A stretch of 64,000 bases of DNA. Source: Terriglobia bacterium. GTDB lineage: Bacteria; Acidobacteriota; Terriglobia; 20CM-2-55-15. Positions 1 to 9,200 of this stretch are shown in pieces. Both the position numbers and the translations under genes were made by a program. Below the pieces are notes generated by a model, which was given only the letters and a program-made list of their open reading frames with translations, was not told the DNA's origin and ran no database searches. Position 1 is the first letter of the stretch, and each line of letters begins with the position of its first letter. The DNA is taken from contig CBDCLE010000011.1 in assembly GCA_965218585.1 (NCBI GenBank), positions 1 to 64,000 on the forward strand, written 5' to 3'.

Positions 1-1185
1 CCGAGCCGACGGCGATGGTCCCCTTGCGGGGATAGAGGCCGAACAGGCGGGCAGGGTTGGTCGCGGTCACCGCAACGAACCGCTCCGCCGAGATCCGTCC
101 CGTGACAACGCCTTCGGAAAACACATGGGACGGATCATCTGCAGGTTGTCGATGAGACCGTGGTCGGTGGCGAGCACATGGATGGACCCGTCGGCGATTC
201 CCGTCCCATAGGGCGTCCTGATCGCGCGCGGTCCGCAGCGGCGGCGAGCTGCGATAGCGATCGCGATCGGGCCCTTCGAAACGCTCCCGGTAAAGTGGAG
301 ATAGATGGACCGGGTTTCGACGTACACCGGCAGGCCCCGAGCCTGCGCCTGCTGGGCGACCCGCAGCGCTCCCTCCGTCGACATGTGCACGATGTAGATC
401 GGCGCGCCCGTCGCCTCGACCATGGCCACGACCCGCTGGGTGGCGACGACCTCAGCGATCGCCGGCTGCTGTCGGGATAGTACCGGAGCGAAGTCCGACC
501 CTCGGCGGTCAGCTTCTCGACGGCTTGGTCTACGATGGGTCCATCCTCACAGTGAACCATCGTCAGGATGCCGGCTTCCCCGGCCGCATCGAGCATCGCC
601 AGGTAGCCGCGGATGTTGTCATCGAAATCGGGACGGGCCATGAAAACCTTGACGCTGGTCTGGCCGGTGTCGGTGCTCAAGGTAGCCATCTCATGCTGTT
701 GGGCGTCCGGGTCGTCGATGACCGGATGGAGCATGAAGTCCGCGATCGCCTGCTGTCGGATCAGGGGAACCTCGCGTTCGACGGCTCTGGCGAGGGTCTG
801 TCGCTGCTGGGGAAACGCCCCGGAAAGGACCGGGACCTCGGGGAACGGAAGTTCGAGATCGTCGTCATGCCGCCGGCCAGGGCAGACCGCGAGCCGCTTT
901 CAAAGTCGTCGACGACGTCCCCGCCCAGGTGCACGTGGGGATCGACGCCGCCGGGAATGACAAGCAGGCCCGTGGCATCTAGTTCCCGGGCGCGGCACCC
1001 GCTTCCAGGTTTTCGCCGATGTCGACGATCACACCGCCGCGGATGCGCACGTCGGCCCCAAAGCGGCCTTCGGAGGTCACGATCGTGCCGTCGCGAATGA
1101 CGATCTCCGCGGGCTGCTGACTCCAGGACGGAAGTGCGATTCCGAGGAGAACAAAGAAAACTGCCGGGTTCACGAGGAGACGCAT
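1..1185 (-). pseudogene. Dihydropyrimidinase/dihydroorotase-like amidohydrolase with signal peptide; several frameshifts; runs off the left edge
   Basis: Consecutive ORF fragments 979-1185, 761-1210, 135-734 and 67-429 give IRDGTIVT..., DATGLLVIPGGVDPHVH, ALAGGMTT, MVHCED, YIVHMST and LATDH. Confidence 0.8.
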
Positions 1186-1702
1186 GGGGACACCTCCGGG
1201 ATTGGGTCATTTCGATGATTCTTCCAACGTACCTTACTCCTTTTATTCGGGCGACGCTACGGTGAACAGTTCACTACGCCTGCGTTCGCTGTCCTCGGGA
1301 ATTGGCAAGCGCGAGAAGCAGGGGAACGAGACCGACATACATGCCGGAACCACGCAACCAACGCCACCAGTTCGGGAACAAATACAGGAGCGTGACTGCG
1401 ATAGCCAACCCGTAGATGGCGATGCTCAAATCCGACGAGCTTGCGCCTGGCCTTCCAGCCCCAGTTCAAGGCAAACGTGACGATCAGCGACAGGACAAGA
1501 AGTGAGGACGACATGTACTTTATTGGCCCCCCACTAAGTATCAAGGATGGGGACGGCATGATCGTGAAACCGATCGTATTAGCTTTTAATTCACCTCACA
1601 GAAGTGGATGGACAAGGAGGGACCGCAGCAGCCGACGCACGATTCCATTGGTCGGCCGACTGACTAAGGCCGGACGAAAAACAGTGAAATCCATTCTCAA
1701 CG

Positions 1703-1732
1703 CCTGTTAAATCATCTTGTCGACGTTGAGAA
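1703..1732 (+). repeat. Repeat site 1 (CCTGTTAA ATCATC TTGTCGAC GTTGAGAA), preceded by ATTCTCAACG, which pairs with its own 3' end
   Basis: Direct sequence match to copies at 3390, 5011 and 7827. Confidence 0.9.
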
Positions 1733-1772
1733 TCCCACCAGGGGGTTGAGTGGCCCCGCTCAGGAGGTCGAG

Positions 1773-1934
1773 GTGAAAGCGAAGAAAAAGACGACCCCGG
1801 ACGTTCGCGTCTGGTGCCAACACTGTCGCGTTCGAATCTCACCCAATGAAGACTAGGTTGCCGCCGGTGACAAGGTCTACCATAGGCAGTGCTTTCCCAA
1901 GCGGCCCTCCGTCAAGAGGGCTAAGAAGAAGTAG
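1773..1934 (+). CDS. Small basic zinc-finger-like protein (CxxC...HxxC), 53 codons, with in-frame TAG at 1854-1856; absent from the ORF track
   Basis: AGGAGG upstream of GTG; translates MKAKKKTTPDVRVWCQHCRVRISPNED*VAAGDKVYHRQCFPKRPSVKRAKKK. Confidence 0.6.
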
Positions 1935-2016
1935 CGGATGTTTCTGAATGAGTGCCCGCCGCAAGTGAGCCACCATCCGTTAGGTTGCCGAATTTGGAAC
2001 GAAAAGCGAGGGCAAG

Positions 2017-3380
2017 GAGGTCGTTCCAATCGGTGTGTAAAAAGAGAAGGCGGTGTACGCTTTCGGTGAATCCGAAACCCTAAGCAATCCGGCAGCAATC
2101 GGGAGAAAGGTACACCACCCATGAAGAAGAAGAACATACCGGCATCAGTGGCGTCAACGAACGCGTATGAAGGTTTGGAGGACTGGGCGCGATCCCGGGT
2201 CCAAGTCTGGCTACAGGAGCTGCTCGAGGACGAAGTCACTCAATTTCTGGGTCGGGAAAAGTTGGAGCGGAGTCCGAATCGACGAGGATACCGGAACGGT
2301 CACGGGAAGCCGCGACGCTTCGCAATGATGAACGGTACGATGGAGGTTCGACGACCTCGGGTTCGAAACACCGCCGAGCGGTTCGAGAGTCAGATCCTGC
2401 CGTATTTTCGACGGAAATCGAAACAGCTGGGCGAGCTACTTCCCGATCTCTACCTCCACGGTCTGGCCACAGGGGACTTCGAGCAGGCCATGCGCGGACT
2501 GCTTGGCGCTGGCGCTCCGTTGTCGCGAGCATCGATCCAACGACTGAAATCGACCTGGCAGTTGGAGTATGACGAGTGGGTCCAGCAGGACCTGTCCGGC
2601 CTCGAGGTCGTGTACCAGTGGGCAGACGGCTTGTACGTGAAAGCGGGGATCGCGAAAGAGCGAGCGGCATTGCTGGTGATCATCGGAGCCTTGTCAGACA
2701 GGCGCAAAGTGCTGTTGGCCTGTGAGAGCGGGCAGCGGGAAAGCAAGGAGTCCTGGAGCCGCATTCTGCGCAATCTCCAGAGACGGGGCCTGAAGCTGGG
2801 ACGGCTGACTGTCGCGGACGGTCACCTGGGCATCTGGTCCGCGCTGGCCGAGCAACAGCCCCAGGGCCAGGAACAACGCTGCTGGAACCACAAGTCGATC
2901 AACGTGGTCGATCATCTGCCGAAGACCGAGCAGCCCGCGGCCAGACAGCTGCTTCATGGGATGGCCTTCGCGAACTCCCGCGCGGCCTGCGAACGAAAGC
3001 GGGATCAGTTCGTCCGCCGATATGAGAAGAACTATCCCAAAGCGGGTGAGACGCTGTTGCGGGACTGGGACCGGATGATTACTTTCTATGAGTTCCCGAA
3101 ACAACACTGGGTGCATCTGAGAACAACCAACATCGTCGAATCGCCCTTCGACATGGTTCGCCTCCGCACCAACGCCGCTCGCCGATTCAAGCGTGTCGAG
3201 AATGCAACGGCAATGATCTGGAAGCTACTACGTGTCGCTGAGAAGGCTTGGCGACACTTAAAAGGATCCGAACTCTTACAAGAGGTCTATGATGGTCAGC
3301 AATTCGCTGACGGCATCAGAGTCGTGATGAAATCGAAGGCCGCCGCCTGATGACTTTTACACACCTTTTGTAATGACCTC
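2017..3380 (+). mobile_element. IS256-family insertion sequence with 26-bp imperfect terminal IRs and 8-bp target duplication AGGGCAAG
   Basis: IRL GAGGTCGTTCCAATCGGTGTGTAAAA at 2017; IRR (rc) GAGGTCATTACAAAAGGTGTGTAAAA ending 3380; AGGGCAAG at 2009-2016 and 3381-3388. Confidence 0.93.
2121..3350 (+). CDS. IS256-family (Mutator-type) DDE transposase
   Basis: YRNG, LYLHGLATGDF, WADGLY, VADG, QRCWNHK and LRTTNIVES motifs. Confidence 0.95.
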   Translation: MKKKNIPASVASTNAYEGLEDWARSRVQVWLQELLEDEVTQFLGREKLERSPNRRGYRNGHGKPRRFAMMNGTMEVRRPRVRNTAERFESQILPYFRRKSKQLGELLPDLYLHGLATGDFEQAMRGLLGAGAPLSRASIQRLKSTWQLEYDEWVQQDLSGLEVVYQWADGLYVKAGIAKERAALLVIIGALSDRRKVLLACESGQRESKESWSRILRNLQRRGLKLGRLTVADGHLGIWSALAEQQPQGQEQRCWNHKSINVVDHLPKTEQPAARQLLHGMAFANSRAACERKRDQFVRRYEKNYPKAGETLLRDWDRMITFYEFPKQHWVHLRTTNIVESPFDMVRLRTNAARRFKRVENATAMIWKLLRVAEKAWRHLKGSELLQEVYDGQQFADGIRVVMKSKAAA

Positions 3381-3389
3381 AGGGCAAGT

Positions 3390-3419
3390 CCTGATAAATC
3401 ATCTTCTGGACGTTGAGAA
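3390..3419 (+). repeat. Repeat site 2 (CCTGATAA ATCATC TTCTGGAC GTTGAGAA)
   Basis: Direct match to the other copies. Confidence 0.9.
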
Positions 3420-3437
3420 CCCCTGTTTTTGGGCCTT

Positions 3438-3468
3438 TTCTCACTGTCCGAGAATGTCGTTTGTCAGG
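3438..3468 (-). repeat. Inverted copy of the repeat site with a different 6-bp core (CCTGACAA ACGACA TTCTCGGAC AGTGAGAA); forms a ~98-bp imperfect palindrome (3381-3478) with site 2
   Basis: The reverse complement of 3438-3468 aligns to the consensus arms. Confidence 0.85.
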
Positions 3469-3570
3469 ACTTGACCTTCTGATTGCGTCCTTTTACCGAG
3501 TTTCTCTCCGTAGCGAAGGTAGTGGTGCCTGATGCCATTCGCGTGCACGTGAGCACCGCACAGAAACGTG

Positions 3571-4944
3571 CTACCCATGGGTGGGTTTCTCCAGGCTCGG
3601 CGGCACGTAGTAGGCGCCCCGAGTCAGGACGGCGACGACAACGTGCACGACGAACGAGATCGTCCCGGCCACGAACGCCGACGCGGCCGTCAGTACCGGA
3701 TCTCCGCTCAGCAACGCCAAAACGCCTACCAGTGATCCGCAGACCAACGCGACCGGCCCAACGGGATTCCATGCGCGCAGATGCGTCTCACGGTACTCGA
3801 TATCAGTTCCGCCGATCTTCAGCCACCGCTTGACAACCAGCAAATCGGCAAGCATCGACGCCGCCCACGCAAACATGAAGATCCCCTGAAAGGTGAGCAC
3901 CGGTCCCACGTACGCGAGTATGTTGCTCAGCATCGCAACGAGTGCCAACACGGCCGCGCTCACCACCCAGAAGGCCCGCCCGGGCACAAATCCGACCACT
4001 CGTGCAAAGAAGCTCGAAAGCGACAACGAGCCGCTATACACGTTGATCACGTTGATGCGCAGCTGGCTCAGTACCGTGTAGACGGCGCCCCAGGCCCCCA
4101 TCACCGCCACCATGTACACCCCAGGGTTCGGCTGATCGAAGCGGGCGGCGAACCAGATACCGACGAGCCCCATGACGAAGAAGGAAGCGATCTGGGGCAC
4201 GAACCCCACCGCCAGTGCCCCGACCCTCAGCTCGCCCTCCTTGATGAAACGTGCATAGTCGGCCGTGAGCAGCGACTGCACACCGACGATTCCGTTCAGA
4301 ATGCCCATGCACGTCAGCAAGGCCACGCCCCCAACCCGTCCTCCAGGGGGCATCATCGTGAGCCACTCGCCGGCACCCGGGGCTCCGGCCATATCGTTGG
4401 CCAGCACAATCGCGCTGGCCAGCAGAATCACATAAATCGGCAACGAGTACTTCTGAAACCGGTCCAGCTGCTTCATGCCGTACCAGTTCAAGGCGACGTT
4501 TCCCGCGGTGATGATCACCAGCAGAAGAGCCAGCGGTGCCTGCGGCACGTACGCCCTGATGGCCTGCGCGATGATACTGCCCTCGATCGCCGCCAGAATG
4601 ATGAAGTTCGATGCGTAGATGAGCGACGTGAGACCGGCTCCAACGTAGCCATAGCCACACCCGCGAGCCAGGAGATTGGAGTTGAGCCCCGTGGACGCCG
4701 AACTCCACGCAAACGCCACGGCCAGCACGCCGGTCATTAAGGTGGCGTACAGGTTCGCGAGGATGGCATTGGGCGTGCCGTACTGCAGCGCCATCTCACC
4801 GGATACCTGCATGAAGATCATGGCACCGGCGATTCCAAGCGTCACGTTGACGATGCCTGGCCATGGCATTCTGGCGCCGCTGGGCACAGTGCTCAGCGCG
4901 TAGTCGTCGCTCTCAGGTCGCTGTCCATCCTTCGTGTCGGTCAT
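3571..4944 (-). CDS. Purine-cytosine permease / NCS1 (CodB-like) transporter
   Basis: About 12 TM segments; DDYALSTVP, GYGYVG, TADYARF and QLRINVINVYSGSL motifs. Confidence 0.85.
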   Translation of the reverse strand: MTDTKDGQRPESDDYALSTVPSGARMPWPGIVNVTLGIAGAMIFMQVSGEMALQYGTPNAILANLYATLMTGVLAVAFAWSSASTGLNSNLLARGCGYGYVGAGLTSLIYASNFIILAAIEGSIIAQAIRAYVPQAPLALLLVIITAGNVALNWYGMKQLDRFQKYSLPIYVILLASAIVLANDMAGAPGAGEWLTMMPPGGRVGGVALLTCMGILNGIVGVQSLLTADYARFIKEGELRVGALAVGFVPQIASFFVMGLVGIWFAARFDQPNPGVYMVAVMGAWGAVYTVLSQLRINVINVYSGSLSLSSFFARVVGFVPGRAFWVVSAAVLALVAMLSNILAYVGPVLTFQGIFMFAWAASMLADLLVVKRWLKIGGTDIEYRETHLRAWNPVGPVALVCGSLVGVLALLSGDPVLTAASAFVAGTISFVVHVVVAVLTRGAYYVPPSLEKPTHG

Positions 4945-5010
4945 TCGTGTGCGTCTCGTCCAGTCAGCGTGAAAGAACGGATGCCGGTGCCCCGATTCTT
5001 GAGTTCAATT

Positions 5011-5041
5011 CCTGAGAAATCATCTTCTCGGACGTTGAGAA
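5011..5041 (+). repeat. Repeat site 3 (CCTGAGAA ATCATC TTCTCGGAC GTTGAGAA)
   Basis: Direct match to the other copies. Confidence 0.9.
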
Positions 5042-5258
5042 TTGAGCGGCAGGCGATCCCGTCCCTGGCGGCAGATGAATCAGGAGGTACTGGATCCAGT
5101 AATCTCTCCGCAGCACCATATGTGACATGGCGGCCGCGCAACCCGGTAACCCGTTAAATATTGCACGCCCTGCATGTTTCGTCTATGCTCTCGCCTATAA
5201 ACGCTGTCTCCTTTTTCTTCAGTATTACGAAGACGCCGAAAGCTGGGGGGGGTGAATA

Positions 5259-5981
5259 ATGCGCCTGATGCTAATTGCTTCGGCAGCCCTGGCACTCTCT
5301 ATGTCAGGACCTTTGCTCGCCCAGGAATGGATTGAGTTTGCCAGCCCGGAAGATCGCTTCACCTGCAATTTCCCGAGCGAACCGAACATAACGGAGACTA
5401 CCTACCGATCGGAATATGGGGCCGATCTGCCGGCGCGCGTCTACAGCGCCACCGAAGGCCAGAGCCGCTATTCCGTAACGGTTGTCGATTACAACCAGGC
5501 CCAACGAATACTTACAGAAAGAACCGAGGCCTGCCCACCGGGTGCCGAAACCTGCAGGGGAGGATCCTCCACCGGTGCGGGATACTGGAGGAATGATGTA
5601 CGCGGCGCGATTGTCTATGCGTCGTGGCAGTTCGTGCAACGGGATGTTGAGCTGACTCACTACATGTGGAATTTTATCGACCTCGTGGAGGGACATCAGC
5701 TACATCTGACCAACAACGCCGATCAGTCCCGCACCTTCGCATCGATCTACATGCACGAAAACAAGCTGTATATCGCAGAGGGAACCGTGCCGGCGGGTTA
5801 CCCAGAGCCGGGGATCTTTCAGCAATCGCTAGGATGGCTCGACGAGAACGGGATCGGCCTTCGCTATCAGTCTGTTTACTCCAACGGATTTTCTCCACCC
5901 CCCCGTGTCGACAGAACGGTTCGGCCGGGTCAAGGTCGGATTGACGCTCCCGAGGCAGGTCAACGGCACCAGGAGCGCTAA
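5259..5981 (+). CDS. Exported hypothetical protein
   Basis: Signal peptide ending LLA-QEW; 240-aa ORF with G-rich RBS. Confidence 0.75.
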   Translation: MRLMLIASAALALSMSGPLLAQEWIEFASPEDRFTCNFPSEPNITETTYRSEYGADLPARVYSATEGQSRYSVTVVDYNQAQRILTERTEACPPGAETCRGGSSTGAGYWRNDVRGAIVYASWQFVQRDVELTHYMWNFIDLVEGHQLHLTNNADQSRTFASIYMHENKLYIAEGTVPAGYPEPGIFQQSLGWLDENGIGLRYQSVYSNGFSPPPRVDRTVRPGQGRIDAPEAGQRHQER

Positions 5982-6022
5982 TCGTGAAACCTTCGTCAGT
6001 ATCGATTACGAGGAGGGTAAGC

Positions 6023-6424
6023 ATGCGGTTCAACCCAGGTCTTGTCGTTGCGGCGATTTGTGGCGTTGCTCTCGCCTTGCCAGCGTGGGCACACCACTCC
6101 CACGGCAACTACGTCGACACGTTTACTGATGTTGAAGGTGTGGTTAAGGAATTTCACTTGATCGTCCCGCACTCCTGGATCTACCTGGAAGTCAGCGACA
6201 CCAACGGCGACCCGCAAATGTGGGCTTTGGAAGCAACCGGTCGCCCAGGGCTCGAAAGAATAGGAGTGACGCGCGACTACGTCAAACCGGGCGACACCGT
6301 CAAAGCGCGCTGCCATCGTCACAGGGACGGCTCCAACGGCTGTCTTCTGGGATTTCTGAAGGCCCAGGACGGAACCGTCAAAGATTGGGACGGCAACAAC
6401 GCGCCTCCGCCGACTGATTTCTGA
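6023..6424 (+). CDS. DUF6152-like small exported protein
   Basis: GGAGG RBS; AWAHHSH...EGVVKEF...PHSWIYLEV...W-ALE pattern. Confidence 0.8.
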   Translation: MRFNPGLVVAAICGVALALPAWAHHSHGNYVDTFTDVEGVVKEFHLIVPHSWIYLEVSDTNGDPQMWALEATGRPGLERIGVTRDYVKPGDTVKARCHRHRDGSNGCLLGFLKAQDGTVKDWDGNNAPPPTDF

Positions 6425-6436
6425 GAGCTCCGAACT

Positions 6437-6452
6437 AACTGTTTGAACAGTT
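6437..6452. promoter_or_regulatory. Palindromic operator-like site AACTGTT-TG-AACAGTT
   Basis: 7-bp perfect arms in an AT-rich intergenic patch upstream of 6538. Confidence 0.4.
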
Positions 6453-6537
6453 TTAACTAGACTTGGACACTATCTCCAGAGATAGCGAGTGGGCGAAGCG
6501 AAGAGAATTAACGGTCTCTGAGCTCGAAGATGATGGC

Positions 6538-7587
6538 ATGAGAAGGATCACGAAACGGCATGTCGTCCACGCGCTGGCCGCGTTCGCTCTAGTCGTGACA
6601 CCGCCCGATGCGCTCGCGCACCATTCGGCACGGCTGCAATACGATATGGATCAGGTTGCCGAGGTCGAGGGGGAGATCACCCGCATCGTTTGGCGTAACC
6701 CGCACGTGCGATTCACGCTCAGCGTTGGGAGTGGGGCCGGGCGGCAGGAATGGTCCATCGAGAGCATACCGGTCACGCGCCTCGCGCGCATCGGGGTCAC
6801 CGACGACATGCTCAGCGTCGACGAGACGATTCGCGTGGCGGGTTATCCATCTAGGGTTGGAGCGCCGCAGATGTACGCGTTGAATCTGCTGCTGCCCGAC
6901 AGCCGCGAGATCTTGCTTGACACACCGACGGCGCACTGGAGCGGACAGACGATCGGCACAGGCCTCGATACGACACCGGGTGAGGCCGGTGCTGACCCAT
7001 CGCTCGGGATCTTCCGCGTCTGGAGCAACGACGGCACGTTTCTCGCGACCGAGACGAGGTTTCTGAGCGAAGGCGGAACGCTCGCCTACCCGCTGACCGA
7101 TGCGGCGCGCGCGGCACAGGCCGAGTGGAATCCGCTGGCGCCCGATAATCCGTTTCTGAGCTGCGCGCCTAAAGGCATGCCGCTGATCATGCAGCAGCCC
7201 AACCCGATCCAGTTCGTGGAAGGCGAAGATGAGATCACGCTGCGCATCGAGGAATTCGACACGGTGCGCACGATCCACATGACGCCGCCGGCGGCGGAGC
7301 CGTTGCCGCCGACATTGCTCGGGCATTCCGACGGGCGGTGGGATGGTGATACGCTCGTCGTCACGACGACCGGTATCGACTGGCCGTATTTCGATCAATG
7401 GGGGCTCAGGTAGAGCGAGAACATGCGCGCGGTCGAGCGTTTCACCGTAGATGCGGCCGGCGGCAAGCTCGAGTATGAGCTCACGGTCACGGACCCGTGG
7501 CTCTTCACGGAGCCCGTGACGCTCGGCAAATCGTGGCGGTGGTTGCCGGGCGATTGGGTGCTGCCGTTCGATTGTGCCTACGACTGA
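6538..7587 (+). CDS. DUF6152 N-domain + C-terminal beta-rich exported protein; in-frame TAG at 7411-7413
   Basis: AHHS...WRNPH; the frame continues past TAG as SENMRAVERF...FDCAYD and is homologous to 33566-34590. Confidence 0.8.
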
Positions 7588-7803
7588 GCGCGCGAGGGTA
7601 CCGGCACCGGACCCTGTGTCGCCGTAGGATGCGTGCGCTAGGATCGCATGCTTCGGATCTCCGCGCTCCGGATTCCTGAACCACGTGTCCTCGATCCCTA
7701 TCCGGCGCGACGCTTCGCCGCTAATCATTCGGGGTAAGAGCCGGATGCGGTAACGCCGCTCCTCCGGATCTGTCCGGGGGGGGCCGGGTGAGGGGCATTC
7801 CGA

Positions 7804-7826
7804 CCGGGATATTTACGTTGTCAAGG
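7804..7826 (-). repeat. Degenerate inverted partner abutting repeat site 4
   Basis: rc = CCTTGACAA CGTAAA TATCCCGG versus CCTGACAA ATCATC TTCCCGG. Confidence 0.6.
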
Positions 7827-7857
7827 CCTGACAAATCATCTTCCCGGACGTTGAGAA
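7827..7857 (+). repeat. Repeat site 4 (CCTGACAA ATCATC TTCCCGGAC GTTGAGAA)
   Basis: Direct match to the other copies. Confidence 0.9.
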
Positions 7858-8051
7858 ACGACCGAAAGTCTGGCATTGATGCTTCTCTTGCCAATAACCC
7901 TCCCATGTAGATAGACTTACGAAATCCCTCCTTTGACGGGGCTGGACTTGCACCAGCTGGAAATACGGCTTCTGTTTCTCCCGCGTCGATGTCCATCTTC
8001 ATACCCTGATGAAATGCTCATTGAACGATCACTGTAAGGAGGCTCCAGCAA

Positions 8052-9032
8052 ATGGACGGAAAAATCGCTTTCGAGGAACACATGGCGACCTCGGAAACCT
8101 TGGAGGCCGCGCGCAGCTTTGTCCGAGGAACCGGGACGTGGGACGCATTCGCGAGCCAGATCCTGGACGTGGGGGACAAGCGGTTGGCCAGAATGGAGAT
8201 GAATGGCATCGAATTCGTCATCCTCTCGCTCAACGCCCCGGGAATCCAGGGGATTTTGAACACGAACGCGGCGATCGAGGTGGCCCGGAGAGCCAACGAC
8301 CATCTCGCCGAAGCAGTTGCCGAACATCCTGAGCGGTTGGCCGGCTTCGCGGCGCTCCCCATGCAGGACCCGGACGCGGCATCGGAGGAGCTGATCCGTT
8401 CGGTGAAGGACTTGGGTTTCAAGGGTGCACTGGTCAACGGTTTTACCCAGAAGAGCGTTCCGGATTCGGCAATCTATTTCGACCTTCCCGAATACAGGAG
8501 TTTTTGGTCAACGGTCTCCGAGCTGGACGTGCCGTTCTATTTACACCCACGGATGCAGATCCCGGCGCACGCCCAACCCTATGAGGGGCACCCGTGGCTG
8601 GTGGGCGCCCCCTGGGGGTTTGCGGTGGAAACATCGATCCACGCGCTCCGCCTGTGCGGCTCAGGAGTGTTCGACGAATTTCCAAACCTGAAGATCATTC
8701 TCGGTCACCTCGGCGAACACATCCCGTACGATCTCTGGCGGATTGATGCGCGTATGCGCTTCTCGCCAGGCGGATACACCGGCAAGCGTTACCTCGGAGA
8801 ATATTTCCGCGATCACTTCTACATCACGACAAGCGGCAATTTCTGCGATCCGTCGTTCCAATGTGCCTTGACGGTCATGGGAATCAACCGCATGTTCTTT
8901 TCGGCCGATTACCCGTTCGAGAAAATGGAAGACGCGGCCAACTGGTTCGACAACGCGCCCCTGTCCGAGGCCGAGCGATTGCAGATCGGCCGCACCAACG
9001 CCATCAACCTTTTCAACCTGGATTTGCAATGA
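8052..9032 (+). CDS. Amidohydrolase_2 non-oxidative (hetero)aromatic acid decarboxylase (gamma-resorcylate/2,3-DHBA decarboxylase-like)
   Basis: KIAFEEH, LSLNAPGIQ, FYLHPR, GHLGE, ITTSGNF and FSADYPFE motifs. Confidence 0.9.
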   Translation: MDGKIAFEEHMATSETLEAARSFVRGTGTWDAFASQILDVGDKRLARMEMNGIEFVILSLNAPGIQGILNTNAAIEVARRANDHLAEAVAEHPERLAGFAALPMQDPDAASEELIRSVKDLGFKGALVNGFTQKSVPDSAIYFDLPEYRSFWSTVSELDVPFYLHPRMQIPAHAQPYEGHPWLVGAPWGFAVETSIHALRLCGSGVFDEFPNLKIILGHLGEHIPYDLWRIDARMRFSPGGYTGKRYLGEYFRDHFYITTSGNFCDPSFQCALTVMGINRMFFSADYPFEKMEDAANWFDNAPLSEAERLQIGRTNAINLFNLDLQ

Positions 9033-9200
9033 TGGCAAGTCCGGTTCGTAAGGTTTCCATGAGCGAGGGTCTTCCCTACGGTTGACGGCAACGAAGGGTT
9101 GCCAGCCTTTGTGTCACCGAAAACTATGGCTCGGCGCCTCTCGCCGTGCCGGGCTCTCGGTATGGATTCAGGAAAGGGCACCCAGATCGGTGCTTTTCGT

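Noticed and set aside
1274-1520. Possible small membrane-protein gene on the minus strand
   Set aside because: Hydrophobic stretches are split over frames with no clear start or family
1694-1732. Classical integron attC (TCTCAAC...GTTGAGA)
   Set aside because: Under 40 bp, does not fit RYYYAAC/GTTRRRY, other copies lack the left box, cargo genes are in mixed orientation, and no intI is in the window
1703-7857. CRISPR array interpretation of the 30-31 bp repeats
   Set aside because: Spacing is 0.3-2.8 kb with whole genes between copies; no cas genes are present
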